64,000 bases of DNA from contig DAQA01000013.1 of the NCBI GenBank assembly GCA_002502685.1, forward strand, positions 2,202 through 66,201, in the 5' to 3' direction. The notes under the pieces were generated by a model that ran no database searches, had not been told where the DNA came from, and saw only the letters and a program-made list of their open reading frames with translations. Position 1 is the stretch's first letter; the number at the start of each line of letters is the position of its first letter. The translations under genes and the position numbers were made by a program. Positions 28,765 to 37,040 of this stretch are shown in pieces. This DNA comes from Euryarchaeota archaeon UBA202 (GTDB lineage Archaea; Thermoplasmatota; E2; UBA202).

Positions 28765-29628
28765 TCAGTTAAACAATTTTCCCGTTATTTTCGTCCACAT
28801 CTTACTGATTCTCTCAGCGATCTCTCCCTTTGAGAATTCTATAATAGTCTTTTCATCTACCATGGCGTCAGTTACAACACTATCATATGGTAGCTTTCCT
28901 ACAATCTCGATATTCTTTTTGTTACAGTAGCTCTCAATTTTTTTTGTATTTTCGGTATTGATGTCATATTTATTAATGCACACAACAGCACGAAGATGAA
29001 AATAGTGTGCCACACCCAGGATTCGGTCAAAATCATGTATGGCAGAAAGTGTTGGCTCGGTAACAATCAACACGAGATCAACACCAGTTAATGAGGATAT
29101 CACAGGACAGCCAATACCCGGAGGCCCATCAATAATTATCAGTTCTTTCTTTTTTTCCTGGGCAATCATTTTTGCATTATTTCTTACCACCGTGACTAGT
29201 TTTCCGGATGCCTCCTCGGCAGTGTTTAACCTGGCGTGAGCCATTGGTCCAAATCGTGTCTCAGAAATATAGGCGATACCTGATTCCCGTTCAACCATTG
29301 TGATGGCATCAACAGGGCATACATAGGCACAAACACCGCATCCCTCGCAAGCTTCCGTAATGAGGTTGATGTCTTCATCAATGGCATCAAAATTACACAA
29401 TTCATAACATTTTTTACAACCTATACAGCGGTCCTTGTTAATGTGGGCGATCTTTAATCCATGAAATATTGTCGACTCTAAGACCCGAGGTTTGAGAATT
29501 AGATGCAGATCTGCAGCGTCAACATCGCAATCAGCAAGAACAGCATTGTTTGCAAGAGATGCAAACGCAGCTGTGATCGAGGTTTTTCCTGTTCCCCCTT
29601 TCCCACTGATTACAGTTACTTGTTTCAT
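28765..29628 (-). CDS. MinD/ParA-superfamily P-loop ATPase with inserted 2x[4Fe-4S] ferredoxin domain (COG1149-like)
   Basis: VISGKGGTGKTS P-loop. CIGCKKCYELC and CEGCGVCAYVCP cluster motifs. ATG 29628 overlaps the upstream stop (ATGA). Confidence 0.8.
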   Translation of the reverse strand: MKQVTVISGKGGTGKTSITAAFASLANNAVLADCDVDAADLHLILKPRVLESTIFHGLKIAHINKDRCIGCKKCYELCNFDAIDEDINLITEACEGCGVCAYVCPVDAITMVERESGIAYISETRFGPMAHARLNTAEEASGKLVTVVRNNAKMIAQEKKKELIIIDGPPGIGCPVISSLTGVDLVLIVTEPTLSAIHDFDRILGVAHYFHLRAVVCINKYDINTENTKKIESYCNKKNIEIVGKLPYDSVVTDAMVDEKTIIEFSKGEIAERISKMWTKITGKLFN

Positions 29629-30461
29629 TTCTTTACCTCTGCTTGTATTTTGTTGAAAAGATCGCAAAACCGTTGTCTCCATTCAGGTAACTCAGTCACA
29701 AAGGGGATGCCATTGGAATAGAGATTTGCAATTTTTTCACTATGGGGTATTTTCATTAAAATAGGTATTTTTTCTTTCTGGCAGTAATCCTCAACTTTTC
29801 TATATCCAATACCGTCTCGATTAATAATAACTCCAAACGGTATTTTTAGATACCTGATCACCTCCACGGCTAGTTTAAGATCATGCAGGCCAAAGGGTGT
29901 GGGCTCAGTTACCAGTATACAATAATCTGAACCATTAACCGCTTCAATAACGGGGCAAGACGTACCGGGAGGCGCATCAAGAATGACCCGCTTATCTCTC
30001 GTTATTCTTCGTTTCAAGGCTTTAATTACAGGGATAGCTTGAATTTCGCCCACATTTAATAATCCATGGTAAAAATCAAGTCCATCTGCCATACCATGTT
30101 CAATCAATCCTACAACTCGTTTATCCCAGCTAATAGCATTCCATGGGCACACAAGTTTACATCCTCCACATGAATGGCATAATTCGGGAAAAACAAGAAT
30201 ATCGGTGGGTACAACAGCCAAGGCATTATACATACAGAACTCAGAACATTTTCCACAAAAATCACAAAGAGTCTTATCGATTTTGGGTATATCCACGGAG
30301 ATTTCTTTCCGTTCATGTATAGGTGCATTAAGAAAAATATTTGCATTTGGTTCTTCCACATCACAATCGATAAGCTGTACCCCCTCAAGACTTAATGCAA
30401 GGTTCGTGGCAACTGTTGTTTTTCCTGTTCCCCCCTTCCCGCTGGCAATGGAAATAATCAT
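29625..30461 (-). CDS. MinD/ParA-superfamily P-loop ATPase with inserted 2x[4Fe-4S] ferredoxin domain (COG1149-like), paralog
   Basis: SIASGKGGTGKTT P-loop. CDFCGKCSEFC and CHSCGGCKLVCP. 4-nt overlap with the upstream DUF89 gene. Confidence 0.8.
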   Translation of the reverse strand: MIISIASGKGGTGKTTVATNLALSLEGVQLIDCDVEEPNANIFLNAPIHERKEISVDIPKIDKTLCDFCGKCSEFCMYNALAVVPTDILVFPELCHSCGGCKLVCPWNAISWDKRVVGLIEHGMADGLDFYHGLLNVGEIQAIPVIKALKRRITRDKRVILDAPPGTSCPVIEAVNGSDYCILVTEPTPFGLHDLKLAVEVIRYLKIPFGVIINRDGIGYRKVEDYCQKEKIPILMKIPHSEKIANLYSNGIPFVTELPEWRQRFCDLFNKIQAEVKK

Positions 30462-31321
30462 TTTTGTACCCTGAAAATAAGATCACCTACTTTAGCATCC
30501 ATATCTTGAGCCACCAACGGACATTTTACCAACAGCAAGAAAAAAATCTCTCGTTTCACATTATTTAATGATTCATAATTCCCCTGGCCCTTTGCAATAA
30601 CTAGATCATCATGGTTAAAATGCTCTAAAAACTCCTTGGATACAGTTGTTAGTAGTATACCGGGTGATGATTCAGTATGGCCAGCATCTGCAGAAATAAC
30701 TTTTGCCAAGCTGTCAATCCCTGCTTTTTTTGCATCGGTAATGGTTGCATCATTGAGTATGGGGTTTGCCTTTACCACATAGGTTATCTCTTTATTTCTT
30801 GGTGCAAACTCTTCTAGGAGTAATTTATCAAAGAATATTTCGCCTGCATTGTCAGCAAGGTAAAGAATAGTCTTGGCGTCATTTAGCACTTTTTTAAATC
30901 GTGGATATGCCGTATTTATGATTCTTTTTTTTAGGGAGTCATTAATCATGGTGTTAACATTAAATCTCATCACAGAACCAAAATCTATGGCATTTCCAAC
31001 AATGGCGAGTTTAATGGCGGTAAGAAGAGAATCGTTTGACGTGCGAATCATCTCTTTAAGCTGGGGATACAACTTCTCTGCCATGATATTTGATTGTTTC
31101 TTTACATTCTTGTAGGGATCATGACATTTGGTTATCTTGCGTACAATTGCATGCACCTTTTTTGATGCTACCGGCGGCGGATTGTCAAATGAGAGTGTTT
31201 GAAGATATCTTAAAACTTCTTTCATCACTTGGGTATGCACGGCTTCATCCATCGTTACCATACGTGTCGCCTCTAGCGACTGTCTGATAAAACAAGGTAT
31301 GCAATCAAGGTATGTTTTCAT
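30458..31321 (-). CDS. DUF89 / ARMT1-like damage-control phosphatase family protein
   Basis: MKTYLDCIPCFIRQSLEA start and 287 aa. Collinear similarity to 11789..12664 (for example ...GNAIDFG..., ...ICKGMANYE / IAKGQGNYE...). Confidence 0.75.
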   Translation of the reverse strand: MKTYLDCIPCFIRQSLEATRMVTMDEAVHTQVMKEVLRYLQTLSFDNPPPVASKKVHAIVRKITKCHDPYKNVKKQSNIMAEKLYPQLKEMIRTSNDSLLTAIKLAIVGNAIDFGSVMRFNVNTMINDSLKKRIINTAYPRFKKVLNDAKTILYLADNAGEIFFDKLLLEEFAPRNKEITYVVKANPILNDATITDAKKAGIDSLAKVISADAGHTESSPGILLTTVSKEFLEHFNHDDLVIAKGQGNYESLNNVKREIFFLLLVKCPLVAQDMDAKVGDLIFRVQK

Positions 31322-31354
31322 TTCATATATTTTTTTGACTTATTTATCCATTGA

Positions 31355-31729
31355 TTAATGATGACGATCTCTGAATTCATGTTTGCCACATGCACTATTT
31401 AGAGTTGCTTTTTGAAGCGTACCCTGTTGAAACATGGTTATTGCATCACGCACTGTTCCAGAAGCTCCAATATAAACCTCGATACCTAAATTTTCAAACA
31501 AACTGATGGCGCGTCTTCCTAATCCTTGGCAGATCATCGCATTCACTCCTTCTTTTGCCATAATTTCGGGCGGGTCTCCCTGTCCTCCCATATGATGGCT
31601 CGTATTGGGAATGACCGTTACATCATCGGTTTCAAGATCAACAATAGTATAGGTAGGAACTCTTCCAAAATGTTCACCTACGCTATCATCTAAACCCTGT
31701 TGATCTATTGTAGGTATACATACTTTCAT
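31355..31729 (-). CDS. NifX/NifB-C-terminal-type (dinitrogenase FeMo-cofactor-binding fold) protein
   Basis: MKVCIPT....VGEHFGRVPTYTIVDLE...VNAMICQGLGRRAISLFENLGIEVY is the typical Nitro_FeMo-Co family pattern. 124 aa. Confidence 0.8.
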   Translation of the reverse strand: MKVCIPTIDQQGLDDSVGEHFGRVPTYTIVDLETDDVTVIPNTSHHMGGQGDPPEIMAKEGVNAMICQGLGRRAISLFENLGIEVYIGASGTVRDAITMFQQGTLQKATLNSACGKHEFRDRHH

Positions 31730-32124
31730 TGACGTTTCCCTCCGTTTACTGCTTTTTTGTCATCTCTTCCAAAGTGACTATCCACCGTGGCACTCTCAGT
31801 TTTTTTAAGATTATCAGCTTTATATTGTTCAACAGCATCTTTTACCCTACCGCTTACGCCAGTAATCACTTCTATATTTGCTGCTTTCAATGTTTGAAAA
31901 GCATTTGGTCCAATATTTCCCGTAATTATACACTTGGCTTTTTGTTGTGCTACCCTTTGGGCAGCTTGGATTCCTGCCCCCCCCATTGCCAAGGCACTCT
32001 CATTTGATATTGCTTCTACATTCATGTCATCCGTATTGATAAACAAAAAATAGGCGCATCTTCCAAATCGAGGATCTATTTGTGCATCCAGATTTTTTCC
32101 TGTTGATGTTATACATATTTTCAT
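31726..32124 (-). CDS. NifX/NifB-C-terminal-type cofactor-binding-fold protein, paralog
   Basis: MKICITSTGKNLDAQIDPRFGRCAYFLFINTDD...IITGNIGPNAFQTLKAANIEV. A GGTGA RBS precedes ATG 32124. The longer track ORF start (32205) is not supported. Confidence 0.8.
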   Translation of the reverse strand: MKICITSTGKNLDAQIDPRFGRCAYFLFINTDDMNVEAISNESALAMGGAGIQAAQRVAQQKAKCIITGNIGPNAFQTLKAANIEVITGVSGRVKDAVEQYKADNLKKTESATVDSHFGRDDKKAVNGGKRQ

Positions 32125-32168
32125 TTCATTCACCTTTGTTATGTTCCCCCACTTTTTTTTTATTTTTT

Positions 32169-32360
32169 TTATGCTCTTGTCATGGGTGCTCCGCATTTGG
32201 GACATTTTCTGTTATAGCATGGCTCACTAAGTCTATGAGGCTCTTTATGTCCACAGTTGGAACACAGGCATTCGCCACCAGGACCCATACCTACTCCCCC
32301 GCCCATGCCTCCTCTTCTTCCTCTGCCTCCGCCTAATCCTTTACTTCTTTCCTGCATCAT
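32169..32360 (-). CDS. Small Gly/Arg-rich protein with C-terminal zinc ribbon
   Basis: ..SKGLGGGRGRRGGMGGGVGMGPGGECLCSNCGHKEPH....CPKCGAPMTRA. Possible starts are GTG 32369 (overlaps the Mrp stop), ATG 32360 and ATG 32357. Confidence 0.55.
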   Translation of the reverse strand: MMQERSKGLGGGRGRRGGMGGGVGMGPGGECLCSNCGHKEPHRLSEPCYNRKCPKCGAPMTRA

Positions 32361-32365
32361 ATATT

Positions 32366-33184
32366 TCACTTCCCTTTTTTATTCACGTTTTTTTCAATCT
32401 TTTCCACTATTTTGGTAAATGCATTCGCTGCATCTGATGTAGCATTCTTTATAATAAATGGTTCACCCGAGTCACCTGTATCTACAATTTTTGGGTCGAG
32501 AGGGACTTTTCCTAGGTACGGCACCTGAAGATCCCTAGATGCCTTCAGCCCGCCACCGCTTTTAAAGATATCAACAGACTTGCCACAATGGGGGCAGGTA
32601 AACCCACTCATATTTTCAATAATCCCCAGAACAGGGATATTCATCTTCTTGACAAAATTGATAGATTTACGGACACTTACCAATGCCACATCTTGCGGAG
32701 TTGTTACTATTATTGCCCCATCGCACTGGGGAATAAGCTGTGCAACGGTTAATGGCTCATCGCCTGTACCTGGAGGGAGATCAACAATTAGATAATCAAT
32801 AGCACCCCAGTTTACATCACCAATAAATTGTTTCATTGCCCCCATCTTCAAGGGGCCACGCCAAATAACAGGTGCATCTCTTTCTGATAATAGAAAGCCT
32901 ATCGACATGACCGTCAAATTCGGGGACACGACAATAGGATTAAAACCCTTCTCGGAAGCCGTGATTTTTTTATCTTCCAGACCTAGTATTTTGGGGATAC
33001 TTGGTCCGTGAAAATCACTGTCTAACAGTCCAACCTTATTCCCTTTTTCAGAGAGTGCAAATGCAAGGTTGGCAGACACTGTACTTTTTCCAACGCCTCC
33101 CTTTCCACTTAATACCATAATCGTATGCTTTATATGGCTCAGGGTTTGAGTAATTTTAGTGTTGTCATATTCTTTTTTTTCCAT
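32366..33184 (-). CDS. Mrp/NBP35/ApbC-family Fe-S cluster carrier ATPase
   Basis: VLSGKGGVGKSTVSANLA deviant Walker A, CPHCG cluster-ligand motif, VDLPPGTGD. 272 aa. Confidence 0.85.
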   Translation of the reverse strand: MEKKEYDNTKITQTLSHIKHTIMVLSGKGGVGKSTVSANLAFALSEKGNKVGLLDSDFHGPSIPKILGLEDKKITASEKGFNPIVVSPNLTVMSIGFLLSERDAPVIWRGPLKMGAMKQFIGDVNWGAIDYLIVDLPPGTGDEPLTVAQLIPQCDGAIIVTTPQDVALVSVRKSINFVKKMNIPVLGIIENMSGFTCPHCGKSVDIFKSGGGLKASRDLQVPYLGKVPLDPKIVDTGDSGEPFIIKNATSDAANAFTKIVEKIEKNVNKKGK

Positions 33185-33263
33185 AGTTACCTCTCATGGC
33201 ATTATGGCATGGCTTCAGCTATATATTTGTTATTCTATTAAAAAATTGGGGGGAAAAGAAAAA

Positions 33264-33293
33264 GAGCTTGTTTATAGGTGTGTTAACAAGCTC
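33264..33293 (-). terminator. Hairpin + T-tract after the DUF5320 gene
   Basis: Perfect 9-bp stem GAGCTTGTT/AACAAGCTC (33264-33272 / 33285-33293). On the minus strand it is followed by TTTTTCTTTT. It lies 5 nt after the stop at 33298. An AT-rich TATA-like stretch follows before the Mrp start. Confidence 0.5.
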
Positions 33294-33297
33294 CTTT

Positions 33298-33651
33298 TTA
33301 CTTTTCTTTGGAGAGTTCTTGGAGTCTGTCTTGTACAGCTTTGACCTCGTTTTCTAGGTCCTTGACCATATTTTTTAGGTAGGTTTTCTCATCCTCTTCA
33401 CTAGGCTCTGGATATATTCCGGGGTAATATGGTGCAGGGTCATAGGATGGATACATACTTCTCCACCAGAATCCTCTGCCACGTCCTAAACCTCTGCCCC
33501 ATCCTCTGCCAAATCCGCGTCCAAAACCAAATCCTCTTCCTCGGGGGAATCCTTTGGTATAACCGGGGTTATTATATCCTGCACAGTATCCAAGGGCTCT
33601 CCCTGTCATGGATCCACGACCTTCGGGTCCTGTTCTATCTCCACCTGGCAT
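33298..33651 (-). CDS. DUF5320-family protein (disordered RG/FG-rich N-terminal part, C-terminal coiled coil)
   Basis: MPGGDRTGPEGRGSMTGRALGYCAG start typical of DUF5320, then GFPRGRGFGFGRGFGRGWGRGLGRGRGFWW. C-terminal ..YLKNMVKDLENEVKAVQDRLQELSKEK. Confidence 0.7.
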   Translation of the reverse strand: MPGGDRTGPEGRGSMTGRALGYCAGYNNPGYTKGFPRGRGFGFGRGFGRGWGRGLGRGRGFWWRSMYPSYDPAPYYPGIYPEPSEEDEKTYLKNMVKDLENEVKAVQDRLQELSKEK

Positions 33652-33655
33652 ATTC

Positions 33656-33928
33656 TTATTTCACCTCTTTACTTTCTTTTTTTATTTCTTCAATTCTTTT
33701 TTCTATTTTGTCTAGGTCACTTTTAATGAACTGTTTTTCCCGTTCTAGAATATGGAGCTCGTCCTCGGGATGTATCCTGGGATAAGGCATGAATTCCATT
33801 GGCGGATAGTCCATTGGTGGGTATCCAAATGGTGCCCATCCGGGTATTTTGGGTGCGTGATAGCGGTACCACTGTCTGTATCCTGCATTTTTTTTCGTCT
33901 CTGATTTACTGTTTTTATTAGTCATCAT
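33656..33928 (-). CDS. DUF5320-related small protein (Pro/aromatic-rich N-terminal part, C-terminal coiled coil)
   Basis: WAPFGYPPMDYPPMEFMPYPR, then EDELHILEREKQFIKSDLDKIEKRIEEIKKE. It has the same two-part layout as the next gene and sits 4 nt upstream of it. Confidence 0.5.
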   Translation of the reverse strand: MMTNKNSKSETKKNAGYRQWYRYHAPKIPGWAPFGYPPMDYPPMEFMPYPRIHPEDELHILEREKQFIKSDLDKIEKRIEEIKKESKEVK

Positions 33929-34003
33929 TTTTATTACGTATATATTATTATCTATATAAAGTTTTTTGTTAAATTTTTAATAATTAATCGCATATATATC
34001 ATT

Positions 34004-34315
34004 ATGCCGAGATATCGACGTGGTAGGGGCAGGTGTCCCAGGTGGGTGGCAAGATTACCCTATGCGGATTTTTTTAAACCTGCGGGTATTCCCTTGATGA
34101 ATCTTGAGATCACAACTTTGTTGATGGAGGAGTTTGAGGCTCTCCGTTTGGTGGACTCGGAGGGCTTGGAGCAGAGTGAGGCGGCGCGTCGTATGGGTGT
34201 GTCAACAAAGACGTTTTGGAATGACTTGAAATCGGCACGGAAAAAAATAGCTGATGCGTTGGCATATGGGCAAGGAATACAAATTCAAGGAGGGAGTTAT
34301 AGGATCCAAGAATGA
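34004..34315 (+). CDS. DUF134/UPF0251-family putative HTH regulator
   Basis: RGRGRCPRWVARLPYADFFKPAGIP...EEFEALRLVDSEGLEQSEAARRMGVSTKTFWNDLKSARKKIADAL matches the UPF0251 pattern with a sigma-70 region-4-like HTH. Divergent from the cluster. Confidence 0.8.
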   Translation: MPRYRRGRGRCPRWVARLPYADFFKPAGIPLMNLEITTLLMEEFEALRLVDSEGLEQSEAARRMGVSTKTFWNDLKSARKKIADALAYGQGIQIQGGSYRIQE

Positions 34316-34372
34316 TGATCCTCTCAAGGAAATTAGTGGGTCCTGATAAGGTATAGGTAATAAAGAAGGTGG

Positions 34373-34403
34373 AACCGCATGTGTGTGGTTTAATTTTTTT
34401 TTT
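34373..34403 (+). terminator. Hairpin + T10 tract downstream of the DUF134 gene
   Basis: AACCGCA-tgtg-TGTGGTT (one G-T wobble), followed by taa and T10 (34394-34403). Confidence 0.55.
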
Positions 34404-34567
34404 ATGGCGTTGTTATTGTCATCTAATCATGGTTATCAACTGTTCTTTGGAGAGAATAGCCGGGTTTACCGGGTAGGGCGTATTGCTACTGCATAGGAAA
34501 AAGTTACTTAGGAAAATTAAGACATAATGAGGGGATAAGGATGATGAGGTTATCTTTTTTTTATTGT

Positions 34568-34906
34568 CTAATTTTTTATGTCTTTTTTTATGCTTTGGAT
34601 ATTCCTCTGTGATATAACCACCATTGCTACCCAGACAAATAGGATGGCGATAGTCATGGTTACGCCAATTGTTGCCATCTCTTGTAACATAACAGGGATT
34701 TCTGCAGGATTCTGCATGGCGGTCAAGAATGGTGGATAAAGCACAACTTCTTGATGTGCTATATGTTCAACAGCAAGCATTATGACGCCTCCCCACAACA
34801 TCACGTTTAACCATACGATTTTCAATCTTTCAGGTATTTTTTTCCTGAATAGTGTTGTTACGATCGCAAGACTCATTGGAGCTATAAAGCATGCCATTTT
34901 ATTCAC
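34568..34906 (-). CDS. Small 3-TM membrane protein (paralog pair, member 2)
   Basis: LNVMLWGGVIMLAVEHIAH resembles LSLMLWGTSIMIMVDHVLG of the upstream gene. 8-nt overlap with it. Confidence 0.45.
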   Translation of the reverse strand: MNKMACFIAPMSLAIVTTLFRKKIPERLKIVWLNVMLWGGVIMLAVEHIAHQEVVLYPPFLTAMQNPAEIPVMLQEMATIGVTMTIAILFVWVAMVVISQRNIQSIKKDIKN

Positions 34907-35192
34907 CTCTTACAATTTTTTCTTTTGGACGAGAAATTATCAAGATAATCTCCCAGATTATTAAAATCGGTATGATCATGGCAATTCCTAAAAGTGTTCC
35001 ATTGGTTATTAGTCCATCGGTTTGTACCTCAAGGAATTCTCCACCGTCATAGCCGAGAACATGATCCACCATGATCATAATTGAAGTTCCCCAAAGCATC
35101 AAACTTAAAAAATCCAGTTTATAGATCTTGGGTTTTATATACCAAATGGCAGTCACCGCGATTGCTGCGATTACTGTTGTTACAAGCCACAT
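34899..35192 (-). CDS. Small 3-TM membrane protein (paralog pair, member 1)
   Basis: 97 aa with the same topology and shared motif as 34568..34906. Confidence 0.45.
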   Translation of the reverse strand: MWLVTTVIAAIAVTAIWYIKPKIYKLDFLSLMLWGTSIMIMVDHVLGYDGGEFLEVQTDGLITNGTLLGIAMIIPILIIWEIILIISRPKEKIVRGE

Positions 35193-35557
35193 ATCATTCT
35201 TTCCATACCAATTTTTTTAAACACTTCGAATAGTCATTTCTTATTTAAAAATTTTGGGTAAAAACGAATAAAAAGCATATGGCCAATCATTGGCAAAAGG
35301 AAAACAAAACAAGTTTACTAAAAAATTTTGCAGTACGGTATTAATTGACTAAACACCCATTACCATCAAGGTAGATCTAGGTCTGTTTTTTTTTTCTTTG
35401 GAAAAAAAGTTTTTTGAATCAGGTTGATCCCTAGTCATTTTTTTTCGATTGTTTCGATTCACCAATCTGTACGGGAAAAATTCTTAAAACGGGAAATTAT
35501 TTTTCATTAAAGCACAACAATAAGGATTTATGGTGTAATGGCTTCATTACCATACAG

Positions 35558-36031
35558 CTAGGCTGTCTTTTTTTGTAATAGTTTTAAATGTTCCAGTATA
35601 TCTTTTGCATGGCCTGCAACTGTAACCTTAGGCCAGATATGTGCAATTCTACCTGTTGGATCAATAAGAAATGTGGTGCGAACTGCGCCCCAGAATTCGC
35701 GTCCAAACATTTTTTTTTGGCTTCCAAACCTCATAGGCTGTCATTACCTCGTGTTTGCTGTCGCTCAATAAAGTAATGCTGAGGTCCTTTTTTCGGTAAA
35801 CGAACAATGGCTTTCAGGGCTGTCCGGGCTTATGCCAAGTATCACAGCATTGTGTTGTTCAAAGCTCTTCTTATCCCGTGTAAACTGGATTGCTTCAAGG
35901 GAACAACCAGGTGTGTTATCCTTTGGATAGAAATATAATACCACCCATTTCTCCCTAAATTCTGTAAGACAGACATCATGATTGTCTTTATCGGGTAGAC
36001 AAAATTCAAACGCTTTTTCTCCAACCTTCAT
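35558..36031 (-). pseudogene. bcp: Bcp-type peroxiredoxin (AhpC/TSA family) interrupted by two homopolymer frameshifts
   Basis: Frame A gives MKVGEKAFEFCLPD...YFYPKDNTPGCSLEA...SPDSPESHCSFTEK. After the A6 run (plus T6 35788-35793) the conserved sequence continues in another frame: KDLSITLLSDSKHEVMTAYEVWKPKK. After the A9 run (plus T9 35710-35718) it returns to frame A: MFGREFWGAVRTTFLIDPTGRIAHIWPKVTVAGHAKDILEHL, with stop at 35558. Confidence 0.75.
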
Positions 36032-36212
36032 TCAAATCACCATCATTGTTTCTATCTGAATAAGTCCGTTCTTTATATGTTTTTACCAGGCTTTATTCTA
36101 GTGGGAAAAAAAGTTTCAAGTACAGTCATGAAGACATTTTTGAAAATGAATCCAAGATTAAAAAAAAAACTGCTGCATAAAGAGTGATATATAAATGATT
36201 TGTTGATGTTAC

Positions 36213-36797
36213 TTGGCAATCGATATGGCAAAGCGGGTCAGGATTCATGATTTGGAAGTGGAATACAAGGTAATCCATCGTGATATACGGTGTCCCAGAC
36301 TTGAATTTAAAACTGGTGGACTACAAGTTATTCTTCCTAGGGATTATGGGGATTCTGAAGAGTTGATTGATAGGCACAGGAAATGGATTTATAGGACAGC
36401 TACAGTGATACATGATGCATTAAAGCAGTCTTCCAAGAGGAAGCTAAATCTAGAGAGGACAGATGAAGAATTTAAGGGATTGGTATCCTCCTATGTGAAT
36501 GTTTTCTCAGGGAAATTAGGGGTGTATCTCAATAAAATCACTTTTCGGAGAATGAAGTCTAGATGGGGGAGTTGCTCAAGTTACAAGAAGAATATAACCC
36601 TCAATACGCACCTACGGTATTTACCAGACCACATCATTGGATACGTGGTTCTCCATGAGTTAACCCATCTTTTCGAGAAGGGGCATAATAAGGGGTTCTG
36701 GCAGAGAATTTCAAAGGTATATCCAGATTACAGGGATATTAAGAAGGAACTCTTAGCGTACTGGTATCTACTCCATGATAATGGACTGCTGGAGTAA
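36213..36797 (+). CDS. DUF45/YgjP-like (M48-related) zinc metallopeptidase family protein
   Basis: RWGSCS... and YVVLHELTHLFEKGHNKGFW (HExxH...H..FW), the DUF45 signature. TTG start per the track. Confidence 0.75.
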   Translation: MAIDMAKRVRIHDLEVEYKVIHRDIRCPRLEFKTGGLQVILPRDYGDSEELIDRHRKWIYRTATVIHDALKQSSKRKLNLERTDEEFKGLVSSYVNVFSGKLGVYLNKITFRRMKSRWGSCSSYKKNITLNTHLRYLPDHIIGYVVLHELTHLFEKGHNKGFWQRISKVYPDYRDIKKELLAYWYLLHDNGLLE

Positions 36798-36988
36798 AAA
36801 ATATTTTCAAAACCGTTACTACGTTAATAGGCACCTTAGCAGTTTATATCAAAAAAAAATTTCAACATCCTATAATGTTTCTAATTTGTAACGAATTACG
36901 ATACTAAATATAATCCAAAAAAGAGATAGTTTTAACGATTTTGCCTCTAATAAGTGTAAAATGATTAATGTAATGATTTCCATTTAAC

Positions 36989-37040
36989 AAAACCCACCCA
37001 AAATGGAGGGTTTTATTCCACTAGATATATAAAACGATGG
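36989..37040 (+). promoter_or_regulatory. Palindrome + TATA module, copy B
   Basis: AAAACCCACC-CAAAAT-GGAGGGTTTT (36989-37014), then N11, then TATATAAAACGATGG (37026-37040). The 15-mer is identical to copy A and the stems differ only at one paired position. Confidence 0.45.

Noticed and set aside
31355-33184. Reading NifX-like plus Mrp plus MinD-like genes as evidence of nitrogen fixation.
   Set aside because: No nifH, nifD, nifK, nifE, nifN or nifB radical SAM domain is present. These small NifX-fold proteins are widespread in non-diazotrophic anaerobes.
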